From: Phoronis australis
Lineage: Eukaryota > Animalia > Phoronida
Assembly: GCA_002633005.1 (NCBI GenBank)
Contig: NMRA01000075.1
Location: forward strand, 423,950 to 487,949
DNA: 64,000 nucleotides
Direction of reading: 5' to 3'
A program made the position numbers and the translations under genes. Shown piece by piece: positions 40,961 through 54,555 of the stretch (its first letter is position 1; each line of letters opens with the position of its first letter). The notes under the pieces were generated by a model. That model saw only the letters and a list, made by a program, of their open reading frames with translations, did not search any database and was not told the DNA's origin.

Positions 40961-43900
40961 ATAATACATGGACCGCCAACTCCGTATACTTTCAATGGAC
41001 GAAATCTGTGACCTTACGCACAAGCCCTTACGTCATTATTCACTGGCGACACCTGGCTAAATTATCTGGTGCAATTTCCGGCAAGTACGTCGTCTGCTAA
41101 TCATGGTCGGCTACTGTGTAGCTGGTTGTTCGGCCACACAAGCAAAATGCAAAGGAATTAGATTCCATACCATCCGAAGACCCCATAATCGGCAGTGGGA
41201 AAAAAACCTTACTTCTTGAGTCAACGTGAATGGCATTTGTTTCAGCAATAAGACTTTATACATTTGTTCAAGGCACTTCGAAGATGAACGTTGTTAAGAG
41301 ACTGTACTACTTAATCCTGTCTTCACAAATCCATTTTTGTTTTCTCCGTTTTGATGAAAACTATCTGGTAAACTTTTTGACGAAAATTATCCGCTAAATT
41401 TCTTCGTAAACTCTTGTCCTTACGAGAAAATTCAGCCATAGCCTAGTGAGCGAATTAACCAAATTACTCTTCGCTGGCCCTGATCAGACGGTTGGTCTCA
41501 GCAGAATGCGCACATTTGGCCAGGATTTGGATCAGCGATTTCAACAAGTTCACATTCGTGTACAAATAAATAGAACGCTGGTGAAACCTTTAACATAAAT
41601 AAAGATTACAGTAATGCTTCATAAATAACCACCCGGACCAGTCAAAATCTATCTCGCAATTCAACAGCAGGTTACACACTCATTTCATGTCGAATATATG
41701 CCGCACAAAATCTCTCGACTACAGTCTATGAAAATGCAACCAACTTATTTGAAAACATGGAACAGGAACACCAGAGGGGTGTAAAGGTTGTTTTTATTCT
41801 TCAATGTTAAATTTTTTGTAAGCAGACATATGGTTTTTTAAATTTCCGCCTTAAGTCCTAACATTTCTAAACTTGAGCCTTTCAAACAAACGTTTATGAC
41901 GAAAACAAAATTCTTCAACCAGTTTTGTTAAGTCCTATGCCACCTGTAGGGTACATAATGAGCCAATCCCACTCCTATTGTAACATAAGGGTCCCGTGCA
42001 TAAAGGATACTAAGTCCTTCTGAAATATTACCGTATGCGACCTAATAAGCGGCCAGGGTGCTTAGAAAAATCCGCTTCAGGAAGGGGGCACTTATTATAG
42101 CCCAAAAGTGGTTGAAATCCGGTCTCCGAAACAGGTGAAATTGTAAGCTAGAATTCATCAAAGTTACGCTCTGTGAAGCATCTGTAACCTATGAACAGAG
42201 TTTCTACAAAACTGCAGTGCATTGCTATCAAACTTTGTTGTCAACTTAGGAGCATTTTTCAGAAAACACGAGTACCAAAAATTGCCGTAAATCAAGTGCA
42301 TCCAGAACACCTCGTGTGTTTTCGTAACTTCAAATTTCACCTAATAGGTGAACGCTTCTTCCATGTGTGCGGACTTCAAGACTGAAAATCACGTGACTTG
42401 CCATATTTTGGCTGACGGTCATCTTCGAGAGGATATTTTAGGCTACGAAAATACCCGAAGTGTTTCGAAGAAAAAATTGTAAATAGGAAAATAACCGACG
42501 TGCTCTAGATGTTCCGAGGGTAAATTTGTAGGTAAGAAAATACCCGAGAAGTGTCCCAAATGGGCCCTAAGCTTTAGTTTTATGAATAATCTGGTACTAG
42601 AAGAATCTCCACCCATTTAGACAGCGGCTAAAAAACATTAAGTTTGTAGTCCGAGGTTTGAAGTTCAATAATAATGTAGCCTAATGTTCCAAAAGCCCAA
42701 TCTTTTCATAAGGGTTAATGCTAACAACTGAATCCTTTCATAGTAAGTCTTGAACAGCTGTGTTTTTCACCCATTAAGTTTGATGAAGTCTGCTCAGAGA
42801 TTCCTGTTGTCAAAAATAAGTCTGGTGTCCAAAGTTTTAAAAATACAGGTATCATATTAAAACCCCTTCTGCAGTAGGACAAAGGTACGATTTGCAGTGT
42901 TTTTGACTTCCAGAGTGAAACCCATTGTATTCATGGGAAAAAGTTTGCTTTGGTAGGCATTTTTTCGAACACCATTTTGAAGAGAAATTGTTCGAGAAAA
43001 ATCACCCAGCTAGGTGTCATGTCCGGTATAAACCTGTAGGAGTATCTCCTAGAATGGTTTGTGGGTACTCTGAAAGTCCAAGGAAGGTGAAATGAACCCT
43101 ATCCCTATATACCTAACAATGTGGGTTGAACATCATGGAAAGTACAAGCGCAATTGTTGATTTCAGAATGCACTTATCAGATGGTGTCTTCTGGCTTCCA
43201 GATTTCCTTCGAATTAAATTCCTTAAAGTTGATTTGAATGCGTCATGTGTGAAAAAGAATGAATTTTGACGTGAACAACTTACCACTATATACAGGAATT
43301 GGAATGACTAAAAGAAAAAAAATTTCCAGATGATCTATCATTTCACAAAATAATAGGCTTGTGTGATAGAAATATTTTTTGTGTTGTAAAATTTAACTGA
43401 AATAAATAATTTTGTATGAAACAAGTCAAAATAATGATAAAAAGAAACTGGAAATCAAATAAGAGGAAATAAAAACAAAAAAATAGTAAATCCTCTTAAA
43501 AGAGGAAAATTCCAAGCGCTGTAGATCTCCCTGTCTTGACTTATTCCTTAGTGGACTTGGAAGAACTCACACTTTGTTAGTGCTCAAAGCCATGGTTATT
43601 GCACCAGGTCTTAAGCTATAACAAACTATCAGTTCAACGGAAGCCAATATGCAACGTGTAATCTCAGTAAGGAACAGTACGAGATCAAGAGTCTAACCAC
43701 AAGCACACACGTGAAGATTGACACCGGACACTAGGATCCAAATCCAACTGCTGGACACGCCAATCTTCATGCGAGCAATTTTGATTTTACTTACTAGCTA
43801 CTATTTTTGCCAAAAGCAACATTGTTAGTACGAGACCAATCTTATATTGTTACATGATGGTTCTAAAAAGAGGTTGGAATAACAGCAGCTTGAACTGTGT

Positions 43901-45686
43901 AACACTTTGTGTATAAGGAACTTAAAAAGGGTTTATTTTTTCAATACAGTTTATTACAGATGTTTTCTTATTTTCCACCATGTATTTAACTGATTTTGGG
44001 GCTAAACAGATTCTAGCCCAGTCTTGGATGGATTGGTTTATAACCCTGAAAAGGGATTATGTGATCATGTTTGGGAATACACCTCTTGAGTGAAGCTTTC
44101 AATCCAAATCAAACTCAAAAGTGTTTTTGTCACTTCCAGTCCACTTTCTTGCGAGATCAAGATAGTACTTAATGGCCACTAGATTCGAACTAAAATTTGA
44201 GTAAAAAGTTAAGACTTCCAATAAAACCTCGAACTCAGACTCGAATTTTTAGCTCAAACAAAAGTAGAATAGAAAATAGCAAAAAATCTCGAGTAAAAAG
44301 TTGAAACCCTGGGCCCAGGTGTTACTTTCATAATGGTCTATGCTTTCACGAGGCAGTGAATGTGGAACATGAGTGGAAGTCCGGTCTTTAATAACCTATT
44401 CCCCCAGCACCACTGGTGTAGTCAGAATTATTCAACAGAGGTTGCCAAAATTGAAATTGTTGGCGACCAATGATTGTGACTGAAATGAGAGGCAACCTGG
44501 AGGCACTGCATGGACAGGGGCCAGGGACAGAGGAGCTAGGCAAGCACAAAACTGAAATGAGTTTCTATCAGGGGAAGGGTCTGCAATGAAGAGGGTGTAG
44601 CCTTGTTGTGCGCCCTATGGCTATGTTAATGCCCAGACTTAGTACTTCAGTCTATCCTTAAACTAGACCATATTTCTAATCAATACATCAGAAAAATAAA
44701 GTTCCCAATGTTAGACAAATTTCTTAGCATGTGGGGTGTTTTTTGTAGCTTATGAGAGCAATATTTCTAGGAACACATTAATGATGTCACGGTTTTTAAT
44801 TTTGAGTCAACGTGAGGGTGTTTACCAGTGCAAATGTTCTCAAGCATTTCACACTGCCCAACTCTTGTCACGAGGAAGCCCCCCCAATAAGAGTCAAATT
44901 TGTAATTCTGAAAACATCGAAATGTTGACTAAAATCACTGCTGTATTACGAAGATCATAACCACAGGAATGAAACACTAGCATGTTGCTCAAAACACTGA
45001 GCAAAGCATAATGGTAATAGCCACATACAGGGGAAACCAGTGTTTTCTACTGCATAACAAGAACGAGTTTTTACTGAATAGCAGGCGTTAAAACTTGTTC
45101 TCAAATGCGGATTGCCAGTGAGTGGCTATTGCCTGGATAACAATCCAACCCACCTAACACACAAGAAACCGTCGACTTGGGTTAAGTGACCCAACTCAAA
45201 ATCTTTGAAGTACCTTGACCTCCCAATTTTGAAATGTGAGATGTTTTTGCAACTAGTCATTTCAACGAACCAGGTTTTTAAAGTTCGCTTGCTTACAAAG
45301 TGTAACTCCAGGATGCTTTGATTACAGCGAACCATAGTAGTTTCTGAATGTTTTAGAATGGTTCTGGTTTTGCAATTAGACTGAAATTAATAGATGATTG
45401 TTTCAAACTGCAACACTTGACATCATGTGTACGTGGAAAGCAAAAAACATGAAACAGTCGACGAGTCGGGATCCAGGAGAGAGAGGACACTTGCATAGAT
45501 TGCACATGACCAAATGTGACCCTCTGACCAATGACTCAGGCATTGCAAAAGTCACCATGAAAGGGCGAATTTCCAAATAAATTCCACACAAAAATATTTA
45601 CATTTACGTTCGAACTATATAAAATGATCCATTTTTGCACCAAAACCACTGAATGTTTCATATACAACTGAGGCTCATTGTGTTAA

Positions 45687-47360
45687 AGGAGCATGCCACC
45701 CAAAAACAATCTAATTTGTATCAATTTAGATCGAGTAGTTGTACCCCATAAGGGCACGTACGGTTGCGTTACCTGACACCTGACGGCAGACGGAGGTGTT
45801 GAAATTATCCAATGACGTAATTGGTTTCACACACAGTCTGTTCAGCAGTTCACAACACGGGTTGCTGGTGCAAGCTTATTGCTTGAATTTATCGTTTAAC
45901 ACCAATAAATCATCAAACGTCGATGTAAAACCCTTAAAAATACACCGAGTTCTTTTAAAAATGTGTTGTTTTATTTCGCTGTTACGGATTTATTGGTGTT
46001 TGGACACACGTAGCCTACAAAGTTCGGCAGGCTTGAGGTCCGTAGCAGGAGATGGGGTCTAGCTGTTCGGAGAAAAATTCTAAGTATTTTCTGTTAGATA
46101 CAGATTGGACAACCTAGATCTGTGTTGTTTAGACTTGTTATTTTTTGAGTTCTAAACACACAAAACGATTGTTATCCTGGCCAGTGGCTCGGAGCCCGAT
46201 CAGGCCCGTCGCCGGCGGCCGGCGGGACTGATTCGTTATCCCGGCCAGTGGCTCGGAAGCCACTCAGACATCATGAACATAAACCATCCAAAGTTGGAAA
46301 CTAAATTTCCAGTCAAGAAATACCAGCTGAGCCAAAGAAGTAAAGTGCACGTGATTATGTTGGTGAATTAGCCACGAAACTGCAAAACTACATGCCGCGA
46401 ATTCAAGTTCCGCTTTGGCCACAGAACCGTCACGGCAGAAGTTTCACATTGACAATCATTATTTGAATAATGTAAATGTAAATAAGGATTCCCCTAAGAC
46501 CTGGCCGTGGGATAGAAATCGAGATGTTTCACAACAGTTTCTGTCAGCAAACACTGAATTAGCATGAGCTCACACGGCCTCGGTGTCCCGTCAATTAGTT
46601 TTATTACACATAAAGCCGTTAACGCAGTGATTTATTCATTGCTGGCTTCTCAAATCATTTGCACTCACGAACACTCCAAAGGCATTCCATAGTGCTTCTA
46701 ATGAGACACACTTTGTTTCAGTTTTATATAAGTATTGGTATAAGGGTGAGAATAATTCATTTTGAAACAGAACGCTCAGTAATAAACGTCAACACGGCAA
46801 CTCGCAATACCGACTTAGACGAGAGCTCATCCCAACGAAGACTTCGCAGGTGGATCGTTAAGTTTCACAGGCTACCAGTTCGAACAGGAAAACAGTGATG
46901 AAGAAATACTACAGAGGCGCCGTGAACAAGCTCAGACAACGGATTATATGGATAGTTATTTCAGTGGTAAGCCGGCATTCGTCAGGCACTCTCCTGCGAC
47001 GACTGCAGGCCACAGACACGGAGATGTTTCACGGTCACATACTTGCTATTTACAGCGCACTTTTAATTCTTCACTACCGCGAGCCATTTTCTAAGCATTT
47101 TGGACTCTCGAGGAAGTCGAAAGAACGATATACCTGCTTTCCTCGCAGCTGCATAGTTCGGACAAGCAGGAACGATGCACCGCAACATAGCGGCATTAAC
47201 TCTGCAAATGAACCACTGACGTCGCTGCGTAGTTTGTCACCTTCCTCACAGGTTAACGCAACACCTCTCGGCAAGGTAAGGTCGACCGTATGCAAGGCGA
47301 TGTGGATATAGACCGATTAAGACGGCAAAAAGAACTAATTAAATCGGGTGGCATTCTCCT
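45687..47360 (-). mobile_element. Non-autonomous Kolobok-like DNA transposon (copy 2)
   Basis: TTAA|AGGAGCATGCCACCC ... GGGTGGCATTCTCCT|TTAA: an intact TTAA TSD with AGG..CCT termini. THAP remnant at 47003-47188(-): MLRCIVPACPNYAAARKAGISFFRLPRESKMLRKWLAVVKN*K...KHLRVCG. Confidence 0.85.
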
Positions 47361-49121
47361 TTAAAAAGAATACAGTCCAGCTCTTTGCTGAAATTCAATT
47401 CCTTGTAAATAATAACTTTGCATAATTATGTTATCAGAAAAGATGACTATTCCGTTCAGGCTCTAACCAAATGGGTCAGTTTTAATGACTGTGCCAACTC
47501 ACAAAGAGTGAGGTTTTATCTTGCTGATAATACTAAAGAGTGGGTATTATCCTAATTTTACAGCAACAAACACACGCCGAAATAATTGAACACTCCGTAC
47601 GGCTGTACGATGGCCGTCATTCACTGCTGAATGGCACCGCCAAAAGCGATAATGTCAGTCATTATAAAAGTATTGCTAGACTACTTAATGTTTGTGTGTT
47701 TAAGACCATTGACTGCATTTTTGTGCTCCTAACTTCTGTTAGTAGGGACAAGTGGGTCATGCAGTTATGCAATGATAATGAGTATTATCGGAATTTCAGC
47801 AGATATCCTTATCTGACCCACTAGTTCAACCTTCACGGTATTCACGGGAGCTTATACAACGTACATGTACATGAACATGTTAACACACGAGAGGGTGTGC
47901 TCTGAAAAGATCGAGACAATCTCCCGTCGCCGCGACGCACTCAGCTACTCCATTCCCACTGTTCGGTGCTATAGTACGCCTAAAATGACTGTTGAGTGTT
48001 GTTGTGGGTGGCCTAATTTCTTCTACAGATTATTTCGTAAAAAGCAACATCACTGCAGAATCCAGCATAGTATACAAGATAATTATCATAAAATGTTTCG
48101 TATACGTTACTGGTGTTGTATTCCTTTTAAGGAATACAACACCAGTTAAAACTCGTTAGCTTTGAAATGCGGGAGTTAGATCAAAACAGAGAGATTTAAA
48201 CGGCTGTAAAACCACCGACATTATTTTACAGGAAGTCGCCATGTTGGTGAATTAGTTTGACCTATTATACAACTGATCAATAGAATGCCTTGTTTCTTGA
48301 AACCAGTACAGCCAATGACATTCCAAGAATGCGGACGGAAAAGTGCCCTGCAGCAGACCCCAACCAATCTGTGCTGGAGACTAGGCACGTAGGAAACCAG
48401 CGAGCATTGCACAGTGCTACCTTTTGTAGCACTGTGAAAGAGTGTACTGAAGTGGGTTCGATTGCCGCGCTACTGCTATTTCCGTAAAATCATTTTTTCG
48501 TCCTGAATGTCCCTCACCTATCATTACAGAATTTGATAAGTCAGCGAACGTAGATGTGGTTATATTTATATTTGGTTAGTTAAATATTACTATGTCTGAC
48601 ATGAAAAAAAAACACCAATTCTTGTTGAGTACACCTAAATGTTGATAATCTCATACCAGTTGTTTTAAATGGATACTAAACCCTGTTTTGATGATTTCAA
48701 CTAATCTTCATTCTCTCACTTGGTAATCGGCATCAGTAACCTCAATCTTGAACGACGAAAGCAGAATTCAACTAAAAACGAATATTCCCTACGTCACAGA
48801 TTGGACATTAGGATTCTTGGTGGGTGATCTTTCGCCGCAGTTGTCATGTAATTCGCTAAAAGCGTAGGCCACACTTGCCCGTTTAGCAGGCTTTTCAAAT
48901 TTTATCTAAACTTCTAAATTAAAGGTTGTCGGGGATTACAGAGTACCAAGCCATGGTTAAACGCCCATACCATGGATTTTAACTGGGAAAAGAATCGTTC
49001 TTGAGGTTACCTTTTATAAAAACGCTCGTCCTGGTTTTCTTAGAATGACATTTTCCGTGCGAATTACTATGCGTTAGATGGATGAGAAATACATGTAGAA
49101 ACGGTAAATTTTTTCTCACAG

Positions 49122-49271
49122 GAAAACCGCCGGATATCAAGTATGACAAGCGGTCAACGTACAGAGCCTCGCACGGGGCTCCTCACGAAGATTACGAGGA
49201 TCTTAGGCCGCTCTACAACGATAGCTTAAGGAAAACTAACGGACCTTTGGTGGGAATTAGCCGAGGAATAC
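49122..49271 (+). CDS. Uncharacterised multi-exon gene, exon (KPPDIKYDKRSTYRASHG...GISRGI)
   Basis: ttttttctcacag|GA AAA ... ATA C|gtaagt. 150 nt, phase 1-1, continuing the frame from 39787. Confidence 0.7.
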
Positions 49272-49769
49272 GTAAGTGTTTTAGCAGGTCGATTAGCAGA
49301 CATATTTTATATTGCGTAAAACATTGAGTGAATATGCACTGCAAGCCATCTTAGCTGGGATGCGCACGCTTCCAACTTATGTGCATTTGCAAAACGTGGC
49401 GGTCCCTTTTCGTCAACATTTGGCTGACGATTGTTAATCTGTTGCAAACATTTAAGTCTTAACAGAACGCCACCTGTTGGCCACATCACGTGACCTAATG
49501 AATATATTATGAATCTGACTTATTTAAATAGACTGTAAATCTGTTCAACGACGAACATTCATTTTAGAAAACAAGTAGCTTTTGGCCCCATTACATGTAC
49601 ATACACTCCCAAATGCAAGCCGGGCACTCTGACTTTTGATTTTGTGATTGGATACTTTCAAACTGTATTACCCATCGGATGATGTTTAGTGTATAAATCT
49701 GTCAAACTTAGGGACATCGCTGACGCGTCACCTGTTCGAACTCCACAGTGTTCCGTCTTAAAGCACGTG

Positions 49770-51935
49770 TTGTTACATTTTAGGTTGCTAGGCCTCTAAT
49801 AAATTGTAAGTTGTTACATTTTATGTAATTGGTACCATTTATGTCGAATGCACATGTTACATTTTACGAAAGCGACGTCATATTTCACGAGTTTGCATGG
49901 TATTTTAACACGGAAGAAAACGGTTCACACACTTGACGCCTTCTTTCTCGGATTGTTTGAAGGAAATTCTATCAACAGTGCCAGCTCGAATTTACAGATG
50001 CGTCCCTATGTACTTTCCATTGTTTTTTAACATGAGTAGAATCTTGGTACAGTTAAAAATGTACCTCATACAATTTCAACTCCAGACGAAAGGATGATGT
50101 AACAAGTTTTTATTGTTAAAACGTTCTTGCAATCTTTTGTTGGCGCTCACAGGTCATAAACTAATTTTGTATCCGGCATTACACTAAACACACTTCCCTT
50201 GGCCAGCACAACAGAAACAATGACATCGTATTTTGGCTAATATTTATTGTATTTTTTTTGAAACAAACGACGATAACAATTTTTCACGGAGAATTCAATT
50301 TCGGAAGCCAATTTCATAGAGAAAACACCCGTTGTAATCCACCATATTTTGATTTATTTCAGTCAGTGTTTTATTGCCTTGGAGTCATCATTAATGTTCC
50401 ACAAAAAAGGAACAAGACCAAAGTTTCTGATGCCGATGGGTTCTGTCTACCACCTTAGTTACGAATGACAATTTTTTAAAGACATATTGGTGGAAGGAAA
50501 TAAAAACACGCATTTATTTGCGGAGAAGTTGACCGATTTTGCCAGTGCTACAGCAAAAGATCCCCTTTGAGAAGGGACAGCCAATAGTTTAAAAAAGTGG
50601 CGGCTTTGTAACGTGTTTCAAACAGCTTAAAAGCTGAAAGAAATATCATTGCTCTTATGATGTCTGAAACAGTGGTGGTAACAACAGGTCAAACCGTGAC
50701 GTGTATAGTATTCGTTAAAATGGGAAGCCTAGCTACGGAAATAGAAAATATTTTGGCACTATGAAAGAACATGATCATTTTGCTCAAACCGGTCCCAGGT
50801 CGATAGTTTATAGTGGCAATAGTCCAGCCTTTCGGACTACAAAAACATGTACTTTCTCTTTCTATTATCTTTTAAGGTAAAATATCAATTAAAATTGCTA
50901 GTTGGTTAATGTTCGTTGGTCCGAAGAAGATATAAATGAATATAGAGATTGGACATTCTAGTATTCATGGACGTGAAGCTTCGTGTCTCATGAGGTGCCA
51001 TTTTTTGTATAGCAGCTCGCTGTCAACAACACGTGTGGTTGTAGGCAGATAAGGGAATTTGGTACATCGCATAAAAAGCGCATATTAAACATCGCTGATA
51101 TCGACGTTGGCCGTTTTTGTTCCATGCAACCCATTTTCAATGAAACCAAGTTCAAATCAATCAGTTAAATCACTTTGTCCTTTTAAGAATATTTTGGCCC
51201 GTTCCACATACAATTGTTGCTTGTTTTGTATGCCCGTTACCAGGTATTTTAATGAGCCGGTGACCGCAGCCATAGCCGACTAGTCGCTAGTTGTCGAAAA
51301 ATATCTGCCTCCAGACGTAATTTTTTAATTTACTCATCATCGTGGAATGTTTTCAACAAAAGACAAATTATTATTATTATTATTATAACGAGACCGAATA
51401 ATAGTAATGAAAGTAGTCATAGCAGTAATAGTAGTAATGGTAGTAATAGCAGAAATAGTAGTAATAGTAATGTAATAGTAATAAAATTGATAATAGGTAG
51501 CCAGTCTGATTCAGGCTGTGTCAGCCCGGAGGGCGTTCCTATAGAAGAGGTCTACGAAAATTGCCGCAAAAAGGGTGTTTTTTGACAACAAAAGTTACTG
51601 CAAACTGGTGCCATTTTCGTCAAAATACTATCTAAAAGGGAGTCTTTTCTGAATTTTTGGAACAGAACTGTGAAAAAATATGAGCTTTTACAAAAATTAG
51701 CTTCTAAATGGGTTACTTTCTGTTCAGAGGCACCCCTCGTCCAAAAATTATCGAGTACCCCCTCGGCCGCATCACATACCAAATGTTTTTCTTTGTAATA
51801 CATGTATGGCGTTGCTTTCGTAAAATGTAACAATGGTACTTTTCTTGCATGCGCATTCAACGTAAAAGGTAACAACTACGTAAAATGTAACAACTTGTTA
51901 CAGTTTAGGAGAGGCTTAGCAACGTAAAAGGATGT
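49770..51935. mobile_element. Unclassified ~2.2 kb element with long imperfect inverted termini built from GTTACATTTTA repeats
   Basis: TGTTACATTTTACGAAAGCGACGTCATA (~49855) mirrors TATGGCGTTGCTTTCGTAAAATGTAACA (~51805). GTTGCTAGGCCTCT mirrors AGAGGCTTAGCAAC. Confidence 0.6.
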
Positions 51936-52581
51936 TTCATTTTACGGCGTATCAGTGCTGCTCCAAAACACAGCGTCTGGTTATTCGTTGTCCTCTGTGT
52001 GCGTTACGTGAGAGCATAATTTGAACTACTTCTAGTGTTCAAGTTACCATTGGTTCTACTTTTCCAAGTAGTGTCAATACACTCATGGTTTCTTTCCTAA
52101 GGCATGCGCACTAGTGTGTAGCTCAAACAATGATTAATTTTTCCAAATAGCGCGTTTTCCTACCACATCACGAATCGAACAACTTCATATCAGGCACAAA
52201 AAGTGTATGTATAATCAGAGATACAATATACTAGTTCTATATTATTATGAAATCGCTAAGTACTATACGCGGAACTGTTTTGAATGCTATAGAAAGACAG
52301 GTACCTTGCACTGCCTTACCCGAATAGTTCCGCCTGATATTTCCTTCTTTGAGATAGATTTTGCAATTATGTTCCGTCGAGTATCAATGTGGAAACAATT
52401 GACGATCGAGATATGATGGAAAGCGTCGTTACGTCATAAGATAACTTGTTAAATTTATTCCATAGCGTTATTAAGAATCCCTCGAAAACCTTGTTTGTAC
52501 TTTGTTTAAGTATCGCAATTATAATATTTTAACTGGGATCGTTATCACACGATGCATAATGCATGCCTACTTGCACGTGCG

Positions 52582-53059
52582 CAGTGGCGGATTTAGAGGG
52601 GACCAAGGGGGTCATGGCCACCTCTAAAAATCTCCCACATTCCATTTGGTAGTTCGGGGGTGCGAATGTCTGACGGCAAAATCCTGGCTAATACTCTGCC
52701 CTGGCACCCCACTAACTCAAAATCCTGCATCCAATGTCAGAGAAAGAGGGTCCAACTACACATATTCGAAGGCAAAGTTGTTCTTTGTCTTGAAATATTA
52801 TAAATATTCCACTGATTACTCGGTGAGCATACATGTATGTCTGGTGGTCGTGCGCGCTGAAATATTCGGTAACACTGCTGTCGTCAGCGTAGCGCATTGA
52901 TACCGTAAGCTATCGTATCGAGACTACATGTACGCTTCACTATACCGTCACTCACGCTACGTTAAAATAAAAAAGTGGTTGCTACGATAAAATGTAAAAA
53001 GGCGGTGGGCTGCGCCTACTTGCGCCTACTTGCGCCTACGCCCCACCACGTCAGCACTG
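52582..53059. mobile_element. Composite of a MITE family A copy (52582-52732) and an inverted, truncated hAT family B element
   Basis: 52732-53059 is the reverse complement of parts of 9839-10355 and ends in CAGCACTG. Confidence 0.7.
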
Positions 53060-54460
53060 ATGGTGACAAAACACCACTTAAATTGCATGAATTATCGTAA
53101 GACTTTTGACGTGTTTAATCGTCGACGTGAGTTTTGTTCTTTCCGTCTCAGTTTCGTTTTAAATCTGTATTGTTGTGAAAGTGAGTATTTCGTGTTTAGA
53201 AACATCGTCACCATTTCTTTCAAGAATTGTATCGTGATGATTATGAATGTTTATGTTAGTATAGCGACCACTAACGGACACCGTGACTGTCAATCAGTTG
53301 ACTCCTCCCAGTGACCACACGTGTTNTATATATATATAACCTATTAGCTTAATAAACTAGTCGTGTCTTGTTCTATGTACCCAACCTCGTCGTTCGTTTT
53401 CCTATAATCACAAAGGCTCACCAGGGACATTTACAACTACTCGTCTTCAAGACAATTTCAGCAACAGTCCCAGCGAGGTTGTTGGATAATCTGTTTCACC
53501 TAACTCTGCATCTGTAGTTAGAGAAATAAAATAGCAATTGCCGTGAAATTCCAATATCGCGAAATGTCACAAAGTACCAAGTTTTGCAAAACCTTATAAG
53601 ATCAATACTTAGGCGTGTGTTCCTTGTAACGAGGCACAACTTTCTTGTTTGAAATCTGTCGGAGAAGTCTTGTAAGTTGTAACTGTGTTGTATTCTGGTC
53701 TCAAGAGTACATTTTACAGCGGTTTTTGCAAGATGAATTGCCAAAGCGGTGTTACATATTATTTTGAGTCCGCCTGCAAGTGCTTTACTACTGGCGAATA
53801 GACACGTAGCTAGATCGTTTTAGTAATTTGCCCCCACGCATCAACGGTAGTGCACGAGAACGTTTCCATTACTACATGACGGATGAGATTGAAGCAAGAA
53901 ACTTTGGGCTGTTGGCAAATGCCAAGCCACTACCGGGACAAGTTTGTTAAAGGGCATTACATGTAAGCTGTTGGAGTGTAGCTTGCGGCAAGATTATACA
54001 ACACCTAACCTCCAATACGCAAACATACGTAGGACTATCAAGAAAGAAAACGACTGTTGAAGTGGTGAGCCGCGCCATATTGAACACTAAGACATGACTC
54101 CCTCAAATGGGCAAAACTTCTTTGCGATAGATTACTCGGACCGTAGAAAAAACAGCTCCGTTGATTCTAAAATTATGACTACATATTTGCCTTTAGCTGA
54201 GTTCAATGCACTCAGTCAACTGGCGGAAGCAGCAGCATAAAAACAGAAGATATCCGGCCCAAGTTATCACGTAGACAAAAGTCGTGAAAATAACACAGAT
54301 GCGAATGAAATCCCTCGAAATTGGGTGTAATAACACGTCTCAACAAAAATCCATTTCATAAGCCAATGACCTGTTTAACAAAGCGCAGGCAACCACACAA
54401 TTATTTTTCTGCGACGGACGTTTTGATGAAAAGTGTCAGTGATGTGTGTTTGTATTTTAG

Positions 54461-54555
54461 TGCCGGGCCAGATACTGGACGAAAAAGGCAGAAACATACT
54501 ATGCGAAGATAGTCGGAGAATGTCGAAATTTGCCGAGGATAAGAAGGAAATCTAA
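54461..54555 (+). CDS. Uncharacterised multi-exon gene, terminal coding exon (LPGQILDEKGRNILCEDSRRMSKFAEDKKEI*)
   Basis: gtttgtattttag|TG CCG..., a phase 1 acceptor matching the previous exon. Open to TAA at 54553-54555. Confidence 0.6.

Noticed and set aside
42030-44340. Possible decayed TA-CCGTA (pogo/Tc1-like) transposon with coding remnants
   Set aside because: Only one candidate terminus seen and no convincing protein motif.
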